From a virus: DNA of 64,000 nucleotides. The stretch is taken from positions 1-64,000 of the IMG/VR virus record IMGVR_UViG_3300042453_003699; one strand, 5' to 3'. How positions within the stretch are numbered: position 1 is the first letter of the stretch; each line of letters begins with the position of its first letter. Below the pieces are notes generated by a model. It was not told the origin of the DNA. It worked only from the letters and a program-made list of their open reading frames with translations, and searched no databases. Shown piece by piece: positions 9,670 to 18,422 of this stretch. The translations under genes were made by a program, and so were the position numbers.

Positions 9670-10512
9670 ATGACCCGAGAATACATCGCCACAAAATCTT
9701 TCTTCGCAGGTGAGATCAACCTAAAGATCAACGAGCAAGAGAGGATTCAATTTGACGGATTCAAAGCTACGATCCGAGGGCAAGAGTACAAGTGTAGTAC
9801 CTTGATGGCGGCTGTACGGGCAGGGCTACTCTCTTTGGCTCAAGTTGATAAATCAGGTCAGAAGATTGAACAGGCAGAGCCTATCGCCGAAGCCCCTGAA
9901 GCGAGAGCGAAGCGCCTCAAAGAAGAGCGTCTCCGCCAAATCAACGGAGCTAAGGGGAACGGGGAGATTCTTGAAGAGGTATCCACGAAGCCAAAGGTAG
10001 TGAAACGCGACGGAACCCCCGTAAAGAAGGCGGTAGAACCAGTCGAAACCCCTCCACAAAAAGTCGAGACTAAGACGCCCCCCAAGATCATTCAGGAATC
10101 AGAGGGAGAGGAAATCGCTAAGATTAAGAAATCTGCCTCCGGCACGGAAGAGGATAACTCCAAGTCTTTCTTTGAAGCCCTGCTAGACGGTGAGCGCAAG
10201 AAGCTAGAAATCTCCCGAGACCAGTACGCGGCTAAGAAGGTAATCAAAAAGGACGACCAGAGTGATGCCGTAGAGGTGAAGAAGTTGGTCGATTCGGTTG
10301 AAGGATCTTCTGAGATTCTGACTTCTAAAGACCCGCTTAAAGGCTGGAAGTCCATGAATTCTAAGAAGAAAGAGGCTTTCATCAAGAAAGCGACCGATAT
10401 TTCCCTAATCAAACGAATTATTGACAGCGAAGGTGGAGCACTCCGCCGAAAAGCTGAAGAACGATTAGCGGAAGTGGACCATGCCGAAAAATCTGTGGGA
10501 CAACATCCATGA
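9670..10512 (+). CDS. Hypothetical protein with charged low-complexity linker
   Basis: GGAGG RBS; globular N- and C-termini with a K/E/P-rich middle. Confidence 0.6.
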   Translation: MTREYIATKSFFAGEINLKINEQERIQFDGFKATIRGQEYKCSTLMAAVRAGLLSLAQVDKSGQKIEQAEPIAEAPEARAKRLKEERLRQINGAKGNGEILEEVSTKPKVVKRDGTPVKKAVEPVETPPQKVETKTPPKIIQESEGEEIAKIKKSASGTEEDNSKSFFEALLDGERKKLEISRDQYAAKKVIKKDDQSDAVEVKKLVDSVEGSSEILTSKDPLKGWKSMNSKKKEAFIKKATDISLIKRIIDSEGGALRRKAEERLAEVDHAEKSVGQHP

Positions 10513-11323
10513 GATCAAGTCTCCCGAAGACCTGCCAAAATCTGGAGATGTAACCTTACAGCCCGTAGATGACCTCGCGCACGCCGTACCTCATGTCGTT
10601 AAGACAGAGTTCGGAGACCTGCCTCATGAGTATTTCAGAAGGCTGTATGAGAGAGATCCTGAAACGGAGGCTCAGATACCGAGGCTGACCTCGGTTCCGA
10701 CCCGCTCTGCGTTTCTTTCGGATCAATCTCCAAACCCAGAATCCAGTTCTGAGCCTACCGAGGACCGTGACTTGGATGTCCATAACCCCTCCGCTCATGT
10801 TCAACTTGCCGAACACCCAGACCCCTACATTGAGAGGATGGCGAGGAAAGTTGTCGCGGCTTACCTTCTTGAGAGTAATCCTCAAGAGATCGACCTTGAT
10901 TCAGACAGGACAAAAGTAGCAATAAGTTTGTTAGAGCTTGTGAAGAGCACTTCGGCTCTTTCTAAAAAGAACGAACCCCGCTGTTCACCGAAGCTAGATA
11001 AAGTCAGACCGAAGCTCAATAGATACGATTTTACCGTGGTTTGCGGAGAGTCTTACTCCGATCCAAGCGGGCACGAGGTCAAGTTCAAGTTCCTTAAAAA
11101 AGGAAACGCCAAAAAGGTATGGATGTCTCGCGTTTTGGTGAGTTGTTCCTGTCCTTTTTGGAGGTACTACGGCTGTGATTGGAACTCTAATAGAAAGGAG
11201 TACCAAGAGCGGCAGATGTCTGATGGTTCCGCACCTACCGTGCGGGGCAAAACCCACCTGATCTGTAAGCATATAGCGGCGTGTGTGCCTCGGGTTAGGC
11301 TTTTCGTATTGAGGCGAAAATGA
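10481..11323 (+). CDS. SWIM zinc-finger protein
   Basis: 'VSCSCPFW...LICKHI' (CxC...CxH); carries 'MARKVVAAYL' and 'RTKVA' tags. Confidence 0.75.
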   Translation: MPKNLWDNIHEIKSPEDLPKSGDVTLQPVDDLAHAVPHVVKTEFGDLPHEYFRRLYERDPETEAQIPRLTSVPTRSAFLSDQSPNPESSSEPTEDRDLDVHNPSAHVQLAEHPDPYIERMARKVVAAYLLESNPQEIDLDSDRTKVAISLLELVKSTSALSKKNEPRCSPKLDKVRPKLNRYDFTVVCGESYSDPSGHEVKFKFLKKGNAKKVWMSRVLVSCSCPFWRYYGCDWNSNRKEYQERQMSDGSAPTVRGKTHLICKHIAACVPRVRLFVLRRK

Positions 11324-11616
11324 AAGAACTGAAGGGTCTGTTTTCTGAGTTGTTTTCGAGTCAACTAGAGCTTGTTCAAGACTATTGGGAAGGAATTGAG
11401 CTAGTAGAAGACGAAACTATCAAGAAGGCACTAAGATATAACTGCATGGAGATGGCTAAGAACCTTAGAGATATGCTTGAGCACTTCAGGGATTTGGTCG
11501 GGGAGTCCGACGATACCGTTGAGGATCTTGAGGACGATCTGGATGGACTTCAGGATCAGTTAATGGGGGGTTCTGGCGATAACTTGCTCATAAAGAAGGA
11601 AGAATATGATTCCTAA
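11320..11616 (+). CDS. Hypothetical acidic protein
   Basis: ATGA overlap with the upstream gene. Confidence 0.55.
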   Translation: MKELKGLFSELFSSQLELVQDYWEGIELVEDETIKKALRYNCMEMAKNLRDMLEHFRDLVGESDDTVEDLEDDLDGLQDQLMGGSGDNLLIKKEEYDS

Positions 11617-12232
11617 TGTGAATGTTTGGTCGGTGGATTCAGAGCATATTTACCTGAACTGGAAGGTTCAGGATCGAGACACGATCAAAGCGTACAATCT
11701 TTACGGATGCGACACTTCAGGGGGGTCTTACACTCTTGTTCAAGAGTCCGTCCCAAATAACGCCAATCCTATGAGTCCGGGCTCTGTCCTAGCCAAAGTG
11801 TCACGCTCTGACCTGAGCATTACCGCTGATGCCCCATATTTTTTCAAGATCACTTCGATTGACATGGAGGGTTCCGAGTCCTCTATTGCCAGTTCAGATT
11901 TCGTAGCAGTGGATGCTCTTGACGATGTTTTCCGTAACAGGTGGACTGACGATAACTCCCCTGTCTATTCGAGCAAGACCGTAACCCTCGCACACACTAC
12001 TACCAACCAACTTTTCAATGTGGTTCAAATCCTTGGAAGACAGGCGAACTACATGAGAATCACGACCAGTAAGGACATCACTATTCGGATCAATTCGCCT
12101 AGTAATGACCCTATATTGGTCACAAAAGAAATGCCGTTCTTTCCTGATAAGCACGCCATTTCAGCAAGTAGCATTTATTTCAGTACCGTAAGTGAAAACG
12201 CTACGGTGCAGGTATTTGTATCAGGAAACTAA
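11606..12232 (+). CDS. Fibronectin type III-like putative virion protein
   Basis: 'IYLNW...AYNLYG...YFFKITSID..G.ES'. Confidence 0.55.
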   Translation: MIPNVNVWSVDSEHIYLNWKVQDRDTIKAYNLYGCDTSGGSYTLVQESVPNNANPMSPGSVLAKVSRSDLSITADAPYFFKITSIDMEGSESSIASSDFVAVDALDDVFRNRWTDDNSPVYSSKTVTLAHTTTNQLFNVVQILGRQANYMRITTSKDITIRINSPSNDPILVTKEMPFFPDKHAISASSIYFSTVSENATVQVFVSGN

Positions 12233-12242
12233 AGGAGAAAAT

Positions 12243-12497
12243 ATGAGTGAAAAGCTAGTCAAGTTAGCCAAAGAAATCGAAACCGTAGCTTACGAGTTGG
12301 ATGTTTTCGGCATCCATAAGGAAGCTCAAAGCCCTAGACTCTATGAGTATGAGTATGAAGGCATGAAGTTCTACACCGACAAGCGTCTTCCGCAGGGAAT
12401 TCGTCTCCCCGCAGGAAAAGCAAAGTTCACGAAGAACTATTACATGGTCGGTGGATCTCTCGCAAAAGACCTCAAGGAAGAAGATTCGGGAGAATGA
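12243..12497 (+). CDS. Small hypothetical protein with basic amphipathic N-terminal tag
   Basis: AAGGAG RBS before ATG 12243; 'KLVKLAKEIETVA...HKEA'. Confidence 0.6.
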   Translation: MSEKLVKLAKEIETVAYELDVFGIHKEAQSPRLYEYEYEGMKFYTDKRLPQGIRLPAGKAKFTKNYYMVGGSLAKDLKEEDSGE

Positions 12498-12524
12498 AGA
12501 ACCAATCCATTCAAGGTTGATTCT

Positions 12525-12556
12525 AAAAGCCCGTGGGTTCGCTCACGGGCTTTTTT
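12525..12556 (+). terminator. Intrinsic terminator
   Basis: AAAAGCCCGTGGG-TTCG-CTCACGGGC-TTTTTT. Confidence 0.85.
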
Positions 12557-12573
12557 ATTACACGGAGGTTTCA

Positions 12574-13776
12574 ATGAGGTTATTGTTGTGTCTTGTTCTG
12601 TTTCTTTTGCCGTCGGTAGGCAAAGCCGAAAACTACATCATCACTGTAAATCCAGAAGCGCGGATGTCATTAGGCTATGCCGTTCTCACGAACCCAGCCG
12701 GACTGTTCCATGCTTTCATGGCTCCTATCCATGCTGGTAAGTATTTCCCCTCCATTGATTCTTTCGTCGCGGACCTGACACCGGATCAGCTTCATTTCGT
12801 CAGGACAAATCCAAGCGTACAGAGCGTTTACAAGGATGGGGTGAAGTACCTCCTAGAGTTAGAGCAAACTCCTCCGCCCCCAGAATACACATACGGTTTA
12901 GTCAAGATTAAGATTCCAGAGGTGCGTGGGCGCTACCCCTTCATTGACGGCTCCGGCGTTGTTGTAGGAATCATCGACTCTGGGATTGATGCCTCCCACC
13001 CCGCCCTAAAGGGCAAGGTAGTCGCTTTTAAGGACTTCACTGATCTGGAGAAGCCTGAGCCCTACGACGACAATGGGCATGGTACTCATGTTGCAGGGAC
13101 GATCGCTGGCGTGGGCAACGAACCCAAGTTTGGGGTAGCCCCGTCGGTAAAATTGGTGATCGCCAAGGTCTTTTCGGCTTCTGGCGGAGCGAATGACTCA
13201 ACTATTTTATCGGCGATGGAATGGATGCTTTCTCAAGGGGTCTCTGTGGTCAGCAATTCTTGGGGCGGAGAGCAGGATACAACGACTTTGGACAATCCGT
13301 ATGCAAAGATGGTTTCTGCATGGGTTGAGCATAGAATGGTGCCTGTGTTTGCCGCTGGGAACTCAGGACCGTCCAAGGGGACTATGAGTATTCCGGGTGG
13401 ACTGCCGGAAGCCTATGCAGTTGGCGCTGTAAACGAGTTAGACCAACTGGCGAGTTTTAGTAGCCGTGGACCGATCGAATGGGATGGGGTTATGTACGAC
13501 AAGCCTGATATTTGTGCGCCCGGCGTCAAAATTTACAGTAGTATCCCGAACGGAGGTTACAAGGCTTATAGTGGAACCTCGATGGCAACACCTCATGTTG
13601 CAGGGGTAGCCGCTCTCATTTTGCAATCTAATCCGGCGCTCTCCGTGTCTGAGGTGAAAGAGATTCTAAATGCCTCGGCAACCCCCCTTCCTTTTAAGGA
13701 GTGTGGGTCTGGGCGATTGGATGCAAAGCTCGCGGTTTCAAAATCGCTTGCTTCGCGAAATCTTCTTTTGCAGTAG
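12574..13776 (+). CDS. Secreted subtilisin-like S8 serine peptidase
   Basis: Triad 'IIDSGID', 'HGTHVAG', 'GTSMATPHVAG'; oxyanion 'AAGN'; signal peptide 'MRLLLCLVLFLLPSVGKA'; GGAGG RBS. Confidence 0.92.
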   Translation: MRLLLCLVLFLLPSVGKAENYIITVNPEARMSLGYAVLTNPAGLFHAFMAPIHAGKYFPSIDSFVADLTPDQLHFVRTNPSVQSVYKDGVKYLLELEQTPPPPEYTYGLVKIKIPEVRGRYPFIDGSGVVVGIIDSGIDASHPALKGKVVAFKDFTDLEKPEPYDDNGHGTHVAGTIAGVGNEPKFGVAPSVKLVIAKVFSASGGANDSTILSAMEWMLSQGVSVVSNSWGGEQDTTTLDNPYAKMVSAWVEHRMVPVFAAGNSGPSKGTMSIPGGLPEAYAVGAVNELDQLASFSSRGPIEWDGVMYDKPDICAPGVKIYSSIPNGGYKAYSGTSMATPHVAGVAALILQSNPALSVSEVKEILNASATPLPFKECGSGRLDAKLAVSKSLASRNLLLQ

Positions 13777-13942
13777 AGAGGGTAATCACATTATTACGCC
13801 CTTCTTCTGGTCTCGGGCACTTGCTCGTCTTGTAAAATGAGCACCGATAGCATTTGGATGAAGCGGGCTGATTTGCAATCGGGCAGGACAGCAAAGCAGG
13901 ACGCACACGAAATTCTTTTTTTCTCCACAGAGAAATCACCAT
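13694..13942 (-). CDS. Possible small Cys-rich protein
   Basis: AAGAGGA RBS; C-x10-CxxC-x6-C; 3' end overlaps the subtilase gene. Confidence 0.3.
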   Translation of the reverse strand: MVISLWRKKEFRVRPALLSCPIANQPASSKCYRCSFYKTSKCPRPEEGRNNVITLSTAKEDFAKQAILKPRALHPIAQTHTP

Positions 13943-14050
13943 TCCTCTTTCCCCCAATCAAGTTGTCCTAAAAGACTAAACGATAAACCTAATTGGTCAA
14001 TACTCTGACACGCCAAAAAGTACGATTTTGACTTTCAAAGACATGGCGCG

Positions 14051-16249
14051 TTACGGGGTGTAAAGGAGTCTGAAAGAGAGGCAACCCGAAACCTTTCTCT
14101 GGTTTTGGTACAAGTTTCCAAAAGAAAACAAATGGTTGACATAGTAAACCGTCAGCGAGTTGTTGGGTGACGCGTCGGGGCTGAAAATCTTGATCCTGAG
14201 TTTCCGATTTTTTGAGTCTGGAATAGGGGTGAAGGTAAATTCATTCCAATCATTATCTCTGGCGTACATCGAATCTAAGTAAGCAGACCTCAAGTGGGCT
14301 CCATTTTCATCTTCGATGTGAACGGACAGTGTGCAGGTATTCTTTCTCCTGAAAGTCCCAACGAAAAGTTCCACCTTTGAAAGATTTGCCCGATCTGAAA
14401 TGACCTCTTGAACGATTTGCTTGGTCCCAAATATCTCCCCGAGTTGGTGCGTATGGAACGATTGGCACATTCCGGTGATGTAGTTTTGATTGGATGCGAT
14501 GGTTTGAATCCACCAATCCGATATTTTTTGGTTCGCTTGATGAGTAACTTTGTGAAGCCCTTGGAACTGGGGCTTGAACATAAAGGTTTTGGCTTTAGAC
14601 TTCATGGACACGCCGTTAATTAACCACTCACCTTCTTCTGGGGCGCGTAGCTCTATAGCCTCAGAGCTTAGGATCTGAAGCGTTTGTGCGGTTTTGGAGG
14701 ATTCCTTCGAGGTCACCTTCGGTTCGACTTTCTCCTCTTCCTTGTAAAATGTTTTCAGAAGCTCCCCGTTCCAGAACCCAGTTGTCGTTACGACAGTGTT
14801 GAAAAGATTTTTCCATTTTTTGTGAACGCTCTTAAACTCTCTCCAGTAGATGTCCTTGCCTTTCGACAAGGAGGAAGAGCCGTTACTGTGGTGAATCGCA
14901 GACGCGTTAATCACATAGTTCTTGAGACCCTTACTGAGAGATGAAAGACTTAGATCGACAGCGTAAAAATGAAAGTGTGTAAGGGCGCTTTCATCAAAAT
15001 ACAGCTTGGAGCTTTTTTTGACGATGATGCAAAGCTCGTCTACGACATCGACTTCACCCGAAGGAAATTGACCGTAAACTCTTAGAGTTTTGTCGGGTTC
15101 TGGGGTCTTCACTCCGCCCACGCAGTTGATGTAGACTTGACCGTCTACGATTGGGACCGCCAGTCTGTCTGTCTTTGTTACCTTCTTTACCCCTGCGAGC
15201 CCCGCAACTCCAAACTTGGGGAAATTCTTTAACTGGGAGAACATCTGATCTATCCAGTCATCCGAGTATTCGACATCCTGATGAGTGAAAACCAACCAAT
15301 CCGTATTGGCTACGGTAGCGCCAAGATTGAGAGCTTGGGCGGCGCTATATGTACCTTTGAAGTTGTAGACGGGTATGATCTCGTAGCGGTGTCTGTTCTT
15401 GTATAGAGATCGAACAAGGATATTGTTGAGTTGATGAAAGTCATTTGTGCAGACAACGAAGCTCAGTTCTTTTAGTTGCGTGAATTCGTATCTTCTTGTC
15501 GGAACAGAGTCGCAGTCTGGGGTGAACAACGAAGCCCACCTAGCTTGGAACTTTCTCAAATTTTCTGGGAGGTTTGGGTTAGCTTTACTCGCGCCCTCAA
15601 TGTGGATCCCCGTGCATTCGGGGGACACGACATTTTTCTTGTTTAGATGGAAGTGTACCTTCAAGCCAAGGTCCACATCCTCATAAGCCCAGTTGTACTG
15701 AGGGTCGAATCCTTCAACACGCCAAAAGTCTTCCTTTTTTATCAGAAGGCACGCCGCTGTTACTGCGCGATGTTCCCAAGTGTCGGACATAAACACAGGG
15801 TTGACTTTGAATGCGTGCATCGAATCGGAACTCAAATTCACTGGGTCTCCGCTTGGTCCGCAAACCACCCCTGCGTGTTGTATTTTCCCATTAGGGTATC
15901 GCAACAAAGCTCCGACAGTGCCGATGTAAGGATCTCTTGCGAGAATATCGGTCATGTTTTGGAGTGTGCGGGGGTCGAGAAACACATCATTGTTCAGGAA
16001 CAATAGCCAGTCGCCACGGGCTTTCTGCGCGACCTCGTTGTTCATCGTAGAGAAGTTACCCGTGTTCTCTTTGTGAAAAACCCGCACCCTTGGGTCTTGG
16101 ATGGATTCGATCCATTCTTTAGATCCGTCGGTCGAGGTATTCTCGCGGATGAGTATTTCAAAATCTTGAAAGGTCGAGGACAGGACGGACTGAATGCACT
16201 TTTTGAAGTGCTCTCCGCCGTTTCTATTGAGAATTACTATGCTTACCAT
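14051..16249 (-). CDS. Multidomain glycosyltransferase: two GT-A (GT2-like) domains plus C-terminal beta-sandwich
   Basis: 'VSIVILNRN...FLNNDV...AVTAACLL...EDVDL'; second domain 'SFVVCTN...FTHQDV...FHFYAVD'. Confidence 0.85.
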   Translation of the reverse strand: MVSIVILNRNGGEHFKKCIQSVLSSTFQDFEILIRENTSTDGSKEWIESIQDPRVRVFHKENTGNFSTMNNEVAQKARGDWLLFLNNDVFLDPRTLQNMTDILARDPYIGTVGALLRYPNGKIQHAGVVCGPSGDPVNLSSDSMHAFKVNPVFMSDTWEHRAVTAACLLIKKEDFWRVEGFDPQYNWAYEDVDLGLKVHFHLNKKNVVSPECTGIHIEGASKANPNLPENLRKFQARWASLFTPDCDSVPTRRYEFTQLKELSFVVCTNDFHQLNNILVRSLYKNRHRYEIIPVYNFKGTYSAAQALNLGATVANTDWLVFTHQDVEYSDDWIDQMFSQLKNFPKFGVAGLAGVKKVTKTDRLAVPIVDGQVYINCVGGVKTPEPDKTLRVYGQFPSGEVDVVDELCIIVKKSSKLYFDESALTHFHFYAVDLSLSSLSKGLKNYVINASAIHHSNGSSSLSKGKDIYWREFKSVHKKWKNLFNTVVTTTGFWNGELLKTFYKEEEKVEPKVTSKESSKTAQTLQILSSEAIELRAPEEGEWLINGVSMKSKAKTFMFKPQFQGLHKVTHQANQKISDWWIQTIASNQNYITGMCQSFHTHQLGEIFGTKQIVQEVISDRANLSKVELFVGTFRRKNTCTLSVHIEDENGAHLRSAYLDSMYARDNDWNEFTFTPIPDSKNRKLRIKIFSPDASPNNSLTVYYVNHLFSFGNLYQNQRKVSGCLSFRLLYTP

Positions 16250-16805
16250 CGCCTAATTGTCGGATCTGCTTCAGCATGAGAAAGAATATCGTAGCGGTAG
16301 TCTTTACATCTGACATGGCGGTGTGTGCGTTTTTGTTCTCAACGCCGTATGCCTTTGCCAGAGCCGCTAAGTTGAACCTTTCTGTGTTGAGGATGCCCGC
16401 CTCCTTCAAAATGAAGGCGATTTGCGAAGTATCTAGGGTGTGGTAGTTCCACATTTTAGACCACCCTGAAAACCCATAGTAGCTCGTCAGCGAATCCATG
16501 AATTCTAGGTCGAACTTCAAATTTTGACCCACTAGGATCGGCTGATATTTACTCTGAGCCTGAGTTGACCATCGGATCAACTTTTGGATTTCGTACTCGT
16601 TGTTGCCCTCTCCTGACTCGCGGGAGAAGTAGCCGTTGATTGCAAGGGCTTTACAGTCCATCGGCAGGTACGGTTTGAAGGTTAGGTGCAGAGAATCTTT
16701 TTCGGAACCGTCTTCTGCGTATACTCCAGCCGCCATCTCTAGCACTGGGTTCTCTTTTGGATTGAGTCCGCCCGTTTCGGTGTCTAATACTAGGTAGTAG
16801 TTCAC
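16224..16805 (-). CDS. DEDDh 3'-5' exonuclease (DnaQ/Pol III epsilon-like)
   Basis: ExoI 'LDTETGG', ExoII 'QNLKFD', ExoIII 'HTAMSD'; GTG start overlapping the upstream TGA. Confidence 0.88.
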   Translation of the reverse strand: MNYYLVLDTETGGLNPKENPVLEMAAGVYAEDGSEKDSLHLTFKPYLPMDCKALAINGYFSRESGEGNNEYEIQKLIRWSTQAQSKYQPILVGQNLKFDLEFMDSLTSYYGFSGWSKMWNYHTLDTSQIAFILKEAGILNTERFNLAALAKAYGVENKNAHTAMSDVKTTATIFFLMLKQIRQLGDGKHSNSQ

Positions 16806-17239
16806 GCTTTTCTCCCTGCGAGTTGGATGATCCACACCAACAACTCTGAAAACAAAGTCGCTCCATTGAGGGTAAAATCTAGCATTTCCCAATCAAAACT
16901 AGGGTCGCTCGGCGCGATGACTCGCGTGAGCGGGATTTTTTCCTCAATCTTGCTTTCGTACATCTTAAAAACAGTTTCACCGTTGGGTCGTATTTCAACC
17001 ACATTCGGCGGAAACTTTTCTCTGGCTTCCCCAGACACCCCTTTGATGAACAAAGGCTGACCTACCCGATACAAGGAGTGCGACACAAATTTGAAAGTGT
17101 GCCCGACTTTGAACGGGTACTCAGAGTCGGAGGAGGGGTTGATCTTTACGATCAACCCGTTGCTAAGACGGTAAGCCTCCCACGGCAAGGTGTGGGCTAA
17201 GTTGTACCTGTCGTATAGACCGTACAGATCAAAGGTCAT
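16802..17239 (-). CDS. Hypothetical protein
   Basis: Coupled to both neighbours (ATGA/GTGA overlaps). Confidence 0.55.
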   Translation of the reverse strand: MTFDLYGLYDRYNLAHTLPWEAYRLSNGLIVKINPSSDSEYPFKVGHTFKFVSHSLYRVGQPLFIKGVSGEAREKFPPNVVEIRPNGETVFKMYESKIEEKIPLTRVIAPSDPSFDWEMLDFTLNGATLFSELLVWIIQLAGRKA

Positions 17240-17541
17240 CGGATCAGCGGTCCTTTAGATTCTGGGGGCATATTCGTTGCGGTGATGATCCCCGTGTCTT
17301 TCTGAATCCAGAAGTTCGTGTACGATTCCCGCATCGAATCCTTCAGGTCAGACTCTACCGCGACCTTTTCTTTTCTTACCTTCATCTTCTTCTCGAAGAG
17401 GGGGTGCAAACCAAGACCGAACTGACCCGCTTGATTCGGAACAGCCATCAGGGGCTTGGTTAGAATCAGGTAGTCCCCTTCCTCCTGAACTTCTGAGAGA
17501 AAGATTCCAACGCCATCAATAACTAAAGTTTTTACTTCCAT
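17236..17541 (-). CDS. Hypothetical protein (possible Sm-like fold)
   Basis: GGAGG RBS; 'LILTKPL...GLG...P...Y...TGII' pattern. Confidence 0.55.
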   Translation of the reverse strand: MEVKTLVIDGVGIFLSEVQEEGDYLILTKPLMAVPNQAGQFGLGLHPLFEKKMKVRKEKVAVESDLKDSMRESYTNFWIQKDTGIITATNMPPESKGPLIR

Positions 17542-17582
17542 TTGGTCCTCCGCCGAAAACAGACTATCGCGCTAATCGGGTT

Positions 17583-18422
17583 ATGTCTATATTAGTATCA
17601 GGGGGCGCTTTGAAAAGATTCACAGGGGCGGTAAAGCCGTTTTTCAATCTGGATGGTCTGAATCTCACTATTAGATATGGCGAGGTTGTTTCTCTTGCGG
17701 AGTGGCAGACGAGTCACCCGAGCTTTCGTTTTGCCTTAGAGAATGGGTGGGTAGTCTCCGTGGATCGCAAAACTATCGTCTTCAACGCCGAAACCCCAAA
17801 GAAGCCAAGTAACGCTATGCGTTCTAAAAGAAAGAAATCCGCCGAAATCGTACAGGAGTTGCCAGAAAGCGGTTTAGATCCTGTGATTCTTCAAACAATC
17901 TTGGATAAGCAGGAGGGGTTCGTGCGACAAGCCCAAAAAACCTTTGAACGCCTAACGGCTCAGAAAAAAGAACCAGAGCAACCGACGGTAACGCCTGAGA
18001 TGTTTGCCTCGATGCTAGAGAACCAACGCAAGATGATGGAGATGCTCGAAAAAGAGAAACAGCAACCAGTGCCCCAAGCCCCCGCCTTGGATCAAACCGC
18101 AGTGCTGAATGCTCTCAAGCTCCTGACTAATGAGGTCAAGCGTCTTCAAGAATCAAAACCATCAGAAGCGTCTGTGAATACCGACCAGATTTTAGAGGGC
18201 GTAAAACAAGTAATGTCCCAGTTCAGTCCGTCCTCGGGTTCCTATAATGGAACTAAGAAAGACCCAAGTGGCTTTCAGATACGGGATGATTTTGAAGAGA
18301 AGTTCATTCCAAAAGTAGAAGACTTAGAAGTGAAGAACTCAAATATCGTAGCCCAAGAAAAGGACTCAGGAAGTGTTGAGGAGGCTCTCGCGGCTCTCCG
18401 AAAACTCAAGGAGAAGAAATAA
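17583..18422 (+). CDS. Coiled-coil protein translationally coupled to the actin-like ATPase
   Basis: TAATG overlap with the next gene; short helical segments; C-terminal amphipathic helix 'SVEEALAALRKLK'. Confidence 0.65.
   Translation: MSILVSGGALKRFTGAVKPFFNLDGLNLTIRYGEVVSLAEWQTSHPSFRFALENGWVVSVDRKTIVFNAETPKKPSNAMRSKRKKSAEIVQELPESGLDPVILQTILDKQEGFVRQAQKTFERLTAQKKEPEQPTVTPEMFASMLENQRKMMEMLEKEKQQPVPQAPALDQTAVLNALKLLTNEVKRLQESKPSEASVNTDQILEGVKQVMSQFSPSSGSYNGTKKDPSGFQIRDDFEEKFIPKVEDLEVKNSNIVAQEKDSGSVEEALAALRKLKEKK

Noticed and set aside
12451-12573. Longer N-terminus of the subtilase given in the ORF track
   Set aside because: It spans a terminator; ATG 12574 has a GGAGG RBS and begins a signal peptide.
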